A stretch of 64,000 bases of DNA from Balamuthia mandrillaris. Taxonomy: Eukaryota. Both the position numbers and the translations under genes were made by a program. Numbering within the stretch: position 1 is the stretch's first letter; every line of letters starts with the position of its first letter. The DNA lies in the NCBI GenBank assembly GCA_031835245.2, contig JAVKOQ020000002.1, positions 434,001 through 498,000 of the forward strand, in the 5' to 3' direction. Shown one piece after another: positions 1 to 12,795 of this stretch. The notes under the pieces were generated by a model. The model was not told the DNA's origin, ran no database searches, and worked only from the letters and a program-made list of their open reading frames with translations.

Positions 1-312
1 CAACAACAAGAACAAGAGGAAGAATTGGAGATAGAAGCGGAAGAAGCATGTTTGGTTCACTGCATGAGAGGACGTTCACGTTCCACATCATTAGTGGTGG
101 CGTACCTGATGGCCCGAGAAGGAATGAGCCTGAAGGAGGCATGGTGGTTCGTCAAGCAGCGAAGACCCATCATTGGGCCGCATCGACATCTAAAAGATCA
201 ACTCATCCAATACGAGAAGTATTTGAGAGGCTCCAACTCGCTTGATATAATGTCGTGGGCTCAGTGGCAGATCGAACTGGGAAAAGAGAACTCTACTTTT
301 CTGCCTTACTAA
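1..312 (+). CDS. Dual-specificity protein phosphatase, C-terminal part (5' truncated by window)
   Basis: Catalytic loop VHCMRGRSRS (HCxxGxSRS) followed by VVAYLMAREGMSLKEAWWFVKQRRPII, typical of DSPc; stop TAA at 310-312. Confidence 0.88.
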   Translation, partial: QQQEQEEELEIEAEEACLVHCMRGRSRSTSLVVAYLMAREGMSLKEAWWFVKQRRPIIGPHRHLKDQLIQYEKYLRGSNSLDIMSWAQWQIELGKENSTFLPY

Positions 313-472
313 ATACACTTTTTGTTGCCGTTGTAAAGAAAAAAGAAAATGACAAGAAAACAACAAAAACATAAACAGAAAAGACGAAATATTTACTTCT
401 GACCTTATCAAAGCTCCTTTCTAAAGACAGAGCTTCTATCGGTTCATTACGTCTCGATAAAAATGGTTAATA

Positions 473-3400
473 TTAATACATAGGGGCACCGTCGCCCTCT
501 CCATCTCCTTTGTGCCATTCCACAAACTCATCAAAGATAAGCGGCCATGCAGCTATTGGTAACCCCAAATATCTGTGTCAATTCGAATAGAAAAAACAAA
601 GAAACAGAAAAGAGAGAACGAAAAGAGAGCGAGAGAGAGAGAGCGAGAGAAAGAGAAAGAGAAGCGAATAATGAGCCAAACGTACCCATTTCATCATACT
701 CAGAAAGATCTTTGGAATAGGCTTTACGGAACTCGAGTAATTGCTGCCAAACGTCCCTGGAAATGGCCTTCTTCTCCTTCTTGTGCAAAAACTCCAACCA
801 GCTGCCATAGAGCTGCCATCCTCTTGGCTTAAGTAGCATGTCCCAGACTAGCTCTGCTTCTTCTGTCATGAGGATCTTCTTCTCGCCTCGAAGATAGTCA
901 AACACAAAGTAATAGAAGGATTGGAAGGGACCGTCGCCCTCAATGTCTTTCTTCCATTCGGCCGCTTTGTCTTTCATTTGCTTCAATGTATGACAACTTT
1001 TTTTAAGAAAAATGAATATTTTGAGAATGAGCGTTTAGCGAACCTAGAGAGAGAGAGAGAGAAAGAGAGAGAGTAGAGGACAGAGAGAAAAGAGAGAATG
1101 AGCAGAGAGGAGAGAAGAGAGAGGAGAGAGGAGAGAGGAGAGAGCAGAGAGGAGAGAGCAGAGAGGAGAGAGGAGAGAGAGCAGAGAGCAGAGAGCAGAG
1201 AGGGAGAGAGCAGAGAGGAGAGCAGAGAGCAGAGAGCAGAGAGCAGAGAGCAGAGAGCAGAGAGCAGAGAGGAGAGAGGAGAGAGGAGAGAGGAGAGAGG
1301 AGAGAGGAGAGGAGAGAGGAGAGAGAGAGAGGAGAGAGGAGAGAGCAGAGAGCAGAGAGCAGAGAGCAGAGAGCAGAGAGGAGAGAGCAGAGAGCAGAGA
1401 GGAGAGAGCAGAGAGGAGAGAGCAGAGAGCAGAGAGGAGAGAGCAGAGAGGAGAGAGGAGAGAGCAGAGAGGAGAGAGGAGAGAGAGAGAGAGAGCAGAA
1501 AGTAACCCATAAATAGCCCAGCCGTCCACAAACTCTTGTCGTGTTATCTCCCAAGTGATTTGGCAGTTCAGCTTCCAGGCAACGACCATCATGAGTGGGT
1601 CTTCGTCATCAGTGGCTCCCATATCTTCTTGGTACTTAAGCGCACCGTTGCCTTGTATTATGTCTCCTACATCCTCTGCACTTTCACTCAAATCGATTCC
1701 CGCCGCTGAATGCCAGAAGAAATAATAAGTAAAACAATTTAGACAAAGCAGAAGAACATTGGAGTAGAAGAACGAGAAGCATACCTCTGTACTCGTTAAA
1801 TAGTTTGCTCAACTCCTTAATTTGCGCCTCTGACAGCTTACAATGCAGCGGATGATATCCATCCGGCACAATATTAGCATGCGCGAATGTATCTCTTCCA
1901 AAGTTGAACCTGGCCTTCGTGTTTCTGCCCAGAGCCACAAAAGGGCGGAGCCGAGTGTCAGGAGAGGGAGAGGTGGCGTCGGTGAATGCCTCTCCTAGGC
2001 TGGTTCCATTCCTGTAGAAGGTGATGTTGTTGGCATCCACATCGAAGGTGCAACTGATGACATCACCAGAGGAGCAATGGTCACCATAGCTTTGGGTTTG
2101 TCCGCCGCCACGTTGAGTGCGTTGGTTGGTGATGTCGTAGCTCCACGCCTCGCCGGTATTTTTCTGTTTTTGGATGAACAAAAACAGAAAAAGAACAAAA
2201 GAAAGAGGAAAAAAAGAAACAGCAAACAGAAAACATAAAAAAGAAGAAACATACGTAATAACGATAGAAAACAAGATAGAAAGGATTATAAAGGATTATA
2301 AGAAGAGGCAGAGATAATTTTAAGGGAAAGAAACGTACAGTGGGGTCATAGTCATCGGTACACCAGCCAACCATCATCTGTCCATAGCTGCTCATGACCG
2401 CTTCGTAATACCATTTGCCACCACTCACCCTAACATTTCCTTTGGCATACTCCCAACCATAACCAGATGTGTTTGCGTTGGTTACCTTTGTTTTGTTTTG
2501 AAAGTATAAAAAGAGTGTCAACGTTACAAACAGCAAATAACAAAAACGAGAACATGAGAAAACACAATAGCATGAAACAAAAGGTACCTCCAAATTTTTG
2601 TTAGCAAAAGTAAGTTTAGAATCCTTGAGCAGTTTGTCAAGTGCGGCATGAGAAGGACCCTTTCTGTTGCTCTCATAGTCTGCATCGTCGTCATCACCAG
2701 AGTGATAGCTGGGCGTGTCATCCTCGTCCACCACCACTAAAGCTGACTTAACCAGTTCCTGATCCTTTTCGTGCCACTTTCCAGAAACTTTCAAGTTGTT
2801 CTTCTTAGCGTTGGCGCGAGCATTCTCCTCCTCTTCCTCCTCTTCCTCCTCCTCTTTTTCTTTGTCTTTGCTGCTGCTACCGCCTTTGTCTTTTCCTCCT
2901 CCGTATTGTATCTTCAAACGAATATCTCCGGAAACGTTCTCTTTCTTCTTCCCTCCGCTCTTGTTCAATGGGAACCACTGGTCGATGGAGTCTTGTCCTT
3001 CCAATAGCTCTGTGTTAAACTTGATGGTGATTTGTCCCATGAACACGTCCCTTCTGAACGTGTGTTTGTCCCAACAACGCACTATCAAGCCTGTGAACTC
3101 GGAGGCAGCCAAAGCACTGTTCAAAGCGAGAAGAGCGAGAAGAGAAGAAAGAAGCGAAGCGAAGCGGAGGAGCAGCAGAGAGAGAAGAGAAGAGAAAGAG
3201 AGAAGCAGAGAAGAAATGAGGAGAGAAGTAGAGAGAAAGCAAGATGAGAATAGAGGAGCAAGTGTTAGCAAAGAGAAGCGAGAAATAGAGAGAGAGGAGA
3301 GAGCAACGAACAAGGTAAGGCTTTGCCGCCACTCGGGGTTCGATCCTTTGAGGACTTTGGTGTTCTTAGGCTTGCACAGCTTCTCTCCTTTCTTATCCAG

Positions 3401-3628
3401 CACCGTTACCTCGCAGTAACAGTTTGCTTTTTGTCGCGAGAGCTTCCTTCCTCCCTCCACTATTTTTTTTCCATAGTTAGAGTAAGTTTGAGATCACCAA
3501 AAAACCACACACAAAAGAATCGAAGGAGAGGTCAAGTATCAAAAAAAAAACATGAATCGAAAAATGAAGAGCGGTTGTTTTTAAAAAATCAAACCTGTAA
3601 TCGTGAGAGTCTTTTTAGAGCTTTGCAT
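473..3628 (-). CDS. C2 + SPRY + DCN1-like (cullin-binding PONY) multidomain protein, multi-exon
   Basis: First exon MQSSKKTLTIT (ATG 3628) splices to VEGGRKL...YCEV...NPEW...VRCWDK...DVFMG (C2). GKWYYE...MVGW...YGDHCSSGDVISC...FYRNG...RFNFG is SPRY. DPLMMVVAWKLNC...TRQEFVDGW, FYYFVFDY, KAISRDVWQQLLEF, YDEM/AWPLIFDEFVEW is the DCN1 PONY domain. Stop at 473-475. Confidence 0.85.
1044..1500. repeat. Purine-rich heptamer minisatellite (AGAGCAG / AGAGGAG variants) inside an intron
   Basis: Directly visible interspersed 7-mer units; lies in the intron at ~997-1506 of the C2-SPRY-DCN1 gene. Confidence 0.9.
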
Positions 3629-3918
3629 TGGTTTTTTTTTTTAAAAGAGAGAGAGAGAGAGGGGGGTAAAAGGGTGACCAAAGCGGGGAATGCAAGCCAA
3701 AGCAGAAGAAGAAGAGATCGGAGAAGGTCAGCTCTCGTTTTTATTATTATTTTGGCCTTTTCGTCTCTTTATTTTTTTTATCGTCGATAAGTGAAATAAA
3801 TAACAGTCGACAAATAATAGTTTTCAGATCGAAATTCGAATGATTGGTGCCCTTTTGATTTTGGATTGGCCGCTTTGATATTTTTTTTGTTTTAATTCAA
3901 CGCAGATCTTTATACATT

Positions 3919-6900
3919 TCATTTGGGGAGGGCAGGGTGGTGCAGGAGAGAGGAAGAAAAGGAGGTCGAACGGCCTCGTGGGGAGGAGGCGGAGGCGGAA
4001 GCGGAAGCGGAGGAGGAGGAGGAAGCGGAAGAAGCAGCAGAAACGGTGCCGCTCCCACCAAAGCTGTGATGGTTCCGGAGAGGGAGCGGGCTGGTCATGC
4101 CTCGTCCATTGTTTAAGCCGTGGTTGGAAAGAATGGCGTTCTTTCGTCCTGCCAACATTTTTTGTTCTTCTTCTATTTGTCGCGCATTAATGTGTTTGTT
4201 TGGTTAGGTTTGTGTTTTAGAGAAAGAGATGGTGGTTGCAAACGGTACCCCAAAGAGCTTGCGATGCAAACTTGGGCGATAGCGCATGTTCATCTGGATG
4301 CCAACCACCTCCTGTGAAAAAAAGAGAGATAAGAACGAGGAGAGGGGACATGCGGACACAAACACTAACCTCCAACAAAGCTGTCTCTGTTATCAATCAT
4401 ACCAAATAGGCCATAGCCAGCAACTGGTCCACGAGCAGATGATGAAACAGGTGGCAAACCCCCCGGTGTTGCGGTTGCGCCTGAAGAGGTAGCACTTGCA
4501 GATGACGCCAAGGATGAAGAAGAAGAATAAGGAGAAGAATGTACTCGTCGAGAGGAAGCAGGTACAGACGAATAATAACAAGACGAGTCAACGCAGTGCT
4601 CTCCGCTGCAAGTATGTGTAAGAAATGGCAACGAAGAAGGAGAAGTGGTAGCAGAAGCAGCGGCACAGAATCCCTCCGGAAGGCTATGTTTGATCTTGCG
4701 AACAGCTTTGAGGATCTTGCTACGGTCGCTTTCCTCTTCCACCCCCATGTCTATCAGTTGGGAGTCGCCAAGAAAAGGTAATACATCGACGGATATTCCG
4801 TGCAGCGCAAACAAACGGGAATACCTTTGTTTATAGGTTTTGGTTTTTTTAACTGCGTGAGAAAGAACTATATCAAAAACAACAAAAAAACAAACCATAA
4901 AAAGAGAGCAAAACGAAAGGGAAGATAACAGAGCAAAAAAAAAAAAAAAAAAAAAAAACATTATTGAAAAAGAAAAAGTGAAGCTGCAAAGAAGAGATGA
5001 GTAAGAGAAAAACCTTTCCATGCCAAGCTCTTGAAGCAGAAGAGCTGTTGCAGAGTAATAATACTGAAACTCTTGCATTTCTTTCAGAGCTTCTTGCATT
5101 TTAGAGCGATCACCCTCAAAAGCCACCAAACGATTGACTTCCTGTTCTCCCAAAGTGGTCAACGTTTCCAAATCTAACACTCCATTGCTTGCAAAAGCCA
5201 CATTGTATTCCTCCATTTCCAAATCGCGAAGCCAATATGCAATTGCTGTATTGTTTTAAAAGAAAAGTGTTAAACACATACACAAAAGGAGCAAAACAAA
5301 GAAACAAAACAGGAACACTTACCTTTGACGCAATAAGCGGGTGAGCTTTTGAGTTGCTGTAATGCAGAAAGGAGAATCTGGTCGTCGTGTGTTACACCCA
5401 TCTCATCGATAATGAAAAAGTTTACAAAAGGAAGAGCGTAGAACGGAATATTATAGCGGGCAAAGTGAAATGAATATTTGGCAAAACCGTGCCTTCTCAA
5501 CCACGAAAACGTTTCTGTTTGTGTTGGAAACAAACACCATAAATCAGCCAAACAAAAGCAAAAACATGAACGAGCAAGACAATAACTGACCTTCTACAGA
5601 AGAGAAACATTTGTATTTCTCTATTTCTTGCCAAATCACATCAATGTGATGCTCATCGGTTATGTTCATGTTGTAGAGGTATTCCTTGTCTTCCAGCAAG
5701 CGAAGCGTTATGAGGGTAACTTTGGCTTGGACGAAATTGTCGACGTAGCATGGAAAGCCTACGTGTTTTATCCAGTTTGCCACGACTGATAACAAAGACG
5801 TGTAAGTATCGTACAATACTTGTCTAAAAACAGTCAAGAACAAAAGCGAAAAGAGAGAACAAATAAGGAAGAAAAGAGGAGAAAGTACATTGTATAGGAT
5901 CCAGTTGATGAAAATCGCCTACGGCTTTCATGATGGCTTGGCGGTTGCTCTCTAAAATGTCCATTTGGGAAAGAATAGAGTCGGAGAGAAAAGGGAGAGA
6001 AAAGAAGTCGTCCACGCCGTGGCGGGCAAAAGTGTTACACAGTGCTTCAAGCTGCAAAGATGAAAGCCAACCATCCACAGCTGTTTCATATGAAGAAATG
6101 AAATATTTCTCTCGTATCAGCAAAAGAAAAAAAAACAAGATACATTGAGAGAAAACAAAAAATTTCAAGCAGAGAGAGCAAAGATACGACAGGATACATA
6201 AAAGAGAAGAGCGAACGCGCACCGCTGTGTTCATAACTTGGAACAAGTGTATAACGTCGCTGGTTAATTTGCAACCAACGACCAGGAAGCAGCACGTTTT
6301 CAAGGCTTTCATTCTCTGGCACAGCTGCCTCATCTTTGCCCAACAGTTGAACGTTCCGCCTCGTTGCTTTCTCTTTCGTCTCTTCATCATCCTCTTCTTT
6401 GCTTTTCTTGTCCTTTTCTTCTTGCTTCTTTGGCTTTTCCTTTTCCATCTCTTCTTTTGCTCCGTCTTCTTCTTTCTTAGGGTTCGATTTGGGTTGTTGT
6501 TGCCGCTGTTGTTCTTCCATTCTCGCTTTTGCTCTTTCTTTTCTTCTCAACAAGCACTGTTGTTGGTGAGAGGGGGAGGAGAGAGCGGAGGACAGCGTGG
6601 TGAGGGCTTTCTCCAAGCGCTCCTCCTCCCGTCCGAATTCTTGCAGCAAAGTGCACAGTGGCTCCTCCATCGACCACTCGTAGAGTGTGCCTTTGTGCGT
6701 TAGCGTAAGGGTGTCCCTCGTTCTTCCTATATAAATTATAGCCTCTTTTTTGTTGTTGTTGTTAATAAGAGGACAAGAAAGAAACGACAAGAAAGAAAGA
6801 TTGATAGAAAGAAAGAAAGAAAGAAACGACAAGAAAGAAAGAAACGACAAGAAAGAAAGAAACGACAAGAAAGGAAGGAAGAAAGAAAGAAAGAAAGAAA

Positions 6901-7258
6901 GAAACGACAACAAGAAAGAAACAAAAAAAGAAAGTAGAGCAAAGAAAAACAAACCATCAGAAGCCTGTTCTCTGGTTTCGGTGAACTTGTCTAGACTATG
7001 TACAAGCAGCAGAGGAAAGTCCAAGGCCCTCTTCAGCTGGGCAGAGAGCTTTTGCCAGTGGCTCAGACGGGTGATCCAATTGTCGCCCATCTTTTGGATG
7101 ATGGCTCTAATCTCCTCCTCCTTGCGGCCCAGCTGCTGTCCAATGAGCTGAACGACCTGTTCAATCGGCAGGTCTTCCTCCTCAGAGGAAGGAGCGGTGG
7201 AGAAGGAGGAGGAGGAGGGCAACTCATCCGCTACGTTTGGGGTAGAGGCTTCCATCAT
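3919..7258 (-). CDS. Protein with about five tandem SAM (sterile alpha motif) domains, multi-exon; 3' exon structure approximate
   Basis: Repeated SAM-like units: VDGWLSSLQLEALCNTFARHGVD; VANWIKHVGFPCYVDNFVQAKVT; FSWLRRHGFAKYSFHFARYNI; WLRDLEMEEYNVAFASNGV; LLQELGMERYSRLFALHGISVDVLPFLGDSQLIDMGV...DRSKILKAV. Start MMEASTP at 7258. Confidence 0.72.
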
Positions 7259-7465
7259 TGTTTTTCTTTTTCTTTGTTCCGTGAAAAAAAAAAAACAAAA
7301 TAATTGTTGCTGTTGGGAGTCGAACGTGGAAAACGATAAATTGGTCGACATAAAGGTCCCAGCGAATGAAAATTCAAAAAGGACGATCATCTACGTTGAA
7401 GCTTGCCTGTCGACAAAAGGGAACAAGAAAAAAAAGAAAGACGGAAAAGAGAAGAGAGAAACACA

Positions 7466-8516
7466 ATGTTGGAAAGCATTCGCTACTCCCGCGGCCACCT
7501 CGAGCTTTTGGACCAAAAGAAACTCGTACCTTTTTCCCCCTCTCTCTCTCTCTCCCCTGTTTATTCGTTTCATTTTCTTTCTTTCTTTTTTTTTGTATAG
7601 TTTCTTTTTGTTGATCTCTTCTCATCCACTCGGGGGGGAAAAAAACAAACAGCCAAGTCAACAGGAATATGTTGTCATCAGTGGAGCCGAGGACGGTTGG
7701 GAAGCCATCCGCAGCATGAAAGTGCGTGGCGCTCCCGCCATCGCCATCTCCGGCGCTCTCAGCCTGGCCGTCGAAGCCCATCACCTCCTCCACGGGGAGG
7801 GAACGGAGGCAAAGACCCTTACCTCTTTGGGCGGCGCGGAAGGCGCGGCCGACTATCTGGAGGAGCGGTTGAAATATTTGGAGACCAGCCGACCGACGGC
7901 CGTAAACCTGTCGGAGGCGGTGAAGAGGTTGAGCGCGGTGGTGAGAGCCAAGGCCGCCGCCCTGGCCAAAGAGGAGGGAGCGAAAGGGGAGGAAGGGGCA
8001 AAGAGAGTGTTGGAGGTGTACGTGGAGGAGGCGGAGGCGATGTTGGCCACGGATGTGGAGACCAACAAGGCGATTGGCAGGCATGGCGCTGAGCACATTG
8101 TGGCGTTGAGGGCGACTAAAGGCAACGAGGAAGGAAAGGGAGTGAAGGTGCTTACTCATTGCAATACGGGTTCTTTGGCCACAGCTGGTATGTTTCTTCT
8201 TCACTTCGCTTTTCTTGTATTTTTCCTTCTCTCCTCTCGCTCCTCTCTCTCCTCTCTCCTTCTCTCCTCTCTCCTTCTCTTGCCTTGCTTCTCCTTGTAC
8301 TTCTGTGTCTAAAGAAAACGCACAAAACAAAAGGCTATGGTACTGCGTTGGGCGTGATTCGTGCATTGCAGGAGAAAGGACGCCTTGAGCACGCTTTTTG
8401 CACCGAGACAAGGCCTTACAACCAAGGCGCTCGGCTCACTGCTCTCGAGCTCGTCTACGAAAAAATGCCTAGCACTTTGGTTAGTTGCATTCATTTTTGT
8501 TCATTCTCTCCCTTGT

Positions 8517-8554
<38 letters not shown>

Positions 8555-9099
8555 GACCACTCATCTATTAGGTTACAGACAGCATGGTCTCTTTTCTGAT
8601 GGCCAAGAAAGGAATCGAGGCGGTCATTGTGGGAGCCGATCGGATTGCCGCCAACGGAGACACCGCCAACAAGATTGGTACCTACCAGCTAGCCATCGCC
8701 GCCAAATATCACGGTGTGCCCTTCTTCGTGGCCGCTCCTTTCACCACCATCGACCTCAACATCAAGCACGGCGATGAGATTCACATCGAGGAGAGACCTG
8801 GCCATGAGCTAACCAGCCTGAATGGTGTGCCCATTGCCGCCGATGGTATTGGCGTCTGGAATCCTTCCTTTGATGTCACCCCTTATCAATTGGTTCGTTA
8901 TCTTCTCTCTTTCCCCCTTCTCCGCACCTCTCGCTCCTCTGTTGTTCGCTCTTCGTGTTATTCTAACGAGGACTTGCATTTCAAACAGATTGATGGAATA
9001 ATAACAGAGTTAGGCGTGATAACAAAAGAAAAGGAGGACTCTCCGTTTGACATTCGCTCTTTCTTGGCCTCTCATTCTGCTGGCAACAGTTCCAACTGA
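7466..9099 (+). CDS. MRI1: Methylthioribose-1-phosphate isomerase (methionine salvage), multi-exon
   Basis: MLESIRY...[94 protein letters not shown]. Confidence 0.96.
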
Positions 9100-9272
9100 G
9101 TGTTTTTTTTCTTTTTGTTCTGGTTTGCTCTTCTTCTGCTTCCTTTTATTTATTTAAACAACAAAAAAGTTCTCTTTCTTCTTTCAGAAACATATTTTTA
9201 TAGTTGCACAGTACAACGACACAGGCGCCGCCTTAAAGTAAGTACAAAGAAGATTTTTCATACAATGGTGAC

Positions 9273-9317
<45 letters not shown>

Positions 9318-9365
9318 TGAGGAGGTAGCCTGTACAGTACGAAGTAGATGGTGAGGTTTTCTTTC

Positions 9366-10954
9366 TTACTCGTTGTTGGTACGACGACTCTTTTTGCTGC
9401 GCGTGTTATAGGCGGGAGCCGGGCTGCTTGAGGATGATGTGGAGGAAGAGGAGGAGGAGGATGAAGCGGGTTGTTTCTCTCTGCCAGTGGCATGAGCGAT
9501 TGCCTGCAGGAGTGAACAACAAAAGAAATAAAAAAAAAGATCAGAGAGAAAGAGAGAATGAGGGAGAAGGTGGGAGAGTGTAAGAATACATCCGGAGACG
9601 CAAAAGAACAACACAAGATTACAAAAACAAAGATACGTGCCTTGCTAGCCTTTCGTTTCAGCCTGCCAAAGAATCCCAAACTATCATCGTTGTTACTGGG
9701 GGTATCTTCATCATGCTTTGTAGGTGCTGAAGACGTGTCGTGCAACACGTCGTTTTCCGCTTGTTCCACACTCGATCGTTTACGTTTGAGCGTCTTTGAG
9801 GCTTTACTTCTTTTCTGATGGTGTCTGACATCAGCCTCATTTGTGGTTTGGTTAACGGAAGATGGCGAGTGAGCTTCTTTCTCTTTGCCCTTGTCTTTGT
9901 TATGTTGTCTTCTTGAGGCTCTTCTCTTCTTTGGCTTTTCTTCCTCATGTTCCTCCTCTTCTGCTGCCTCTTCTTCTCTCTTCGCCTTTCGTGTTGACCC
10001 TGCAATTCGTCGCGACCGACGTTGCGTAGTCTTCTTCTTCTCCTCTTTCTTTTCCTTCTCTTCCAGAACCATCGGAGATGTAGACGAAGAAGCAGCAACA
10101 CTCGTCGAGGCACTCGTCGTTTTCTTCTTGAAAAGATTCCTCCCTTTGCTAGCAAAGAATGCAGCCTCATCCACCCCTCTCTCCGCCTGCATCCTGGCCT
10201 TCCTCTCCCTATCCGCCTGCGGGTCCGCCACCGGCAGTTCGTACCGACACACGGGACAGGTATTGTGCTGCTTCAGCCACGGCACCACGCACTCCTTGTC
10301 AAACACGTGTCGGCAGGGGAGGGCTAGCACGCGTCGGCCCACCACAAAGTCCTCGAAACAAACGGGGCAGCGCACGGCCTCCTCCTTGAGGTGGGCGTGG
10401 ACTCTAAGGCTGGGCAACCCGTCCAACGCCTCTCGAGAAGCCGGTGGAGGGCCTGCAGGTGGGTGCAGCTCTCGCAGACGGTCGAGGAGCCTTTGGAAGC
10501 TGCTCTCCTCGGCGTCGTCAGAGGCTGTTGTTGCGGTGGCGGAAGAGACCAACGAAGCCAGGGCCTCTGCCATGAGATTGCTGCCAAACGTTGTGGCGGT
10601 GGTGGAGCCTCCCAGTCCGCCAAGCAGGCTTATGCCGCCAAGGCCTCCTCCTCCCCCCGTGAAGGTCGGGGTGGAGGTGCCAGGCACGAGGGGAACGCTG
10701 TCTATGAGGACCACCACTTGTCTGAGAGGCGGTTGTTGTGAAGGAGTGGGAGGGGAAGTGTTGTTGTTGGAAGGACCAAAGGAAAGGGCTGAGAAGGGGA
10801 GGGAGGGGGAGGAGGCAGCGTAGGGAGAGGGCGCCCTTGTGCGCAACTCCAGGAATAGGAGCAGACGTCTTCCGCCGCCACCCCCTGAGGGGCTGCCTAC
10901 TCCCATGCCTCCGTTTGTAGCAGCTCCTCCATTGGAGCCATGGCCCTGTTGCAT
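9366..10954 (-). CDS. RING-finger E3 ubiquitin ligase (RNF126/RNF181-like) with basic low-complexity tail
   Basis: GPPPASREALDGLP pre-RING motif, then CPVCFEDF...LPCRHVFDKECVVPWLKQHNTCPVCRYEL. First ATG taken at 10954; last exon inferred. Confidence 0.85.
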
Positions 10955-11803
10955 AACCCCTCCCCCCACGAGGTTTTATGGCTGTGCTGAAAGAGGGGAG
11001 AAGGTGGAGGGGTACTGAGGGAGAGGAGAGCTTTTAAAAAAAGAGAGAGAGAGAGAAAGGCTGCTTTTCTTTGCTCTTTTCCTTAGTTTTTTGGAAAAAC
11101 ACCTTCTTGTTTGGACTCGCCCGCTCGTTCCAACAGCAGGAAAAATCGAAAGAAAATCAGAAAAAAAAGTGGTCTTCCCTTTCCTCTCTTGGAAAAAAAG
11201 TGGTCTTCTCTTTCCTCTCTTGCAGGACAGAGAATGATTTTTTGATTTGTTTCCATTTGGACACGTCAGCAACGGCGCACCAGCCAATGGTATGAATAAA
11301 CCGGATCGTATCTCTGATCGAAACTCTCCGAAAATAATAACGGATTCTTGGAAATTTTTCGACAACGAATTTTTCTTGCCGAAAATATTCCGGGCCCTGA
11401 CGTGGCATTCTCCGATTGACCCGGAATTTTTTATTAAGTGAAATGTTACACTCGTAAATTTTTTACGAGGGGTCGTTTCACTCCACGCAGAAACAAAGAG
11501 AAGAGAAGAATTTTTAGCCCTTTTGTTTTTTTTTGCCCAACAAAAAAGTTCCCGCCAACCATTTTTGCAGTGGCAACGAAGAAGGAGCGAAAAGAGAAGA
11601 GAGAAGAAGTTTAGCAAGAGGGAAAAAAAAAACACCCGAGGTGCGTGGTATCCCCCCCCCCCTCTTCCGGTGGTTCTTTTTTTTTGTTGTTATCATTATT
11701 TTTCTTCTGCCCTTATTTATTTATTTATTTATTTTTTCGTTTGTTTTCTACGCGAAAGCTCACCCCGAATTATTTCTCCTTGCTGGTGCCATAAACAGGT
11801 TAA

Positions 11804-12481
<678 letters not shown>

Positions 12482-12621
12482 GAAGGAGAGAAAAAAAAAA
12501 CAAAACAACGAGGTGGTCTACAGCTGAAGTCAGGTTTTATTAGTTCGTTATTTTTTCATATTTTCACTTGTGTTTTTGGTGATGATGAATAATCCTCCAC
12601 GACATGGTTGACTAAAACCTT

Positions 12622-12652
12622 TTCTCTCTCTCTCTCTCTCTCTCTCCCTCCT

Positions 12653-12703
<51 letters not shown>
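12622..12703. repeat. (CT)n microsatellite between convergent genes
   Basis: Interrupted CT dinucleotide run seen directly. Confidence 0.85.
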
Positions 12704-12707
<4 letters not shown>

Positions 12708-12795
12708 CGGTTTCGCACCCTCTGTCCCTCAGATCATCTCAACCAACAACAACAAAAAAACAAACGGTTCTTTTATTTCTCTCTGTCTGGGTGCG

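Noticed and set aside
1044..1500. Possible CRISPR-like or telomeric array
   Set aside because: Contiguous 7-mers with no unique spacers, no cas genes, eukaryotic intron context and not a TTAGGG-type unit.
983..1691. Long Leu/Ser/Cys-rich and Glu/Arg-rich ORFs on both strands
   Set aside because: Translations of the intronic heptamer minisatellite; only the DCN1 exon at ~1507-1710 is plausibly coding.
4393..4581. Cys/Trp-rich small ORF resembling a LITAF or cysteine-rich membrane module
   Set aside because: Alternative frame of the Ser-rich tail of the SAM gene; no convincing motif spacing.
7374..8411. 345-aa antisense ORF
   Set aside because: Shadow of the GC-rich MRI1 coding strand.
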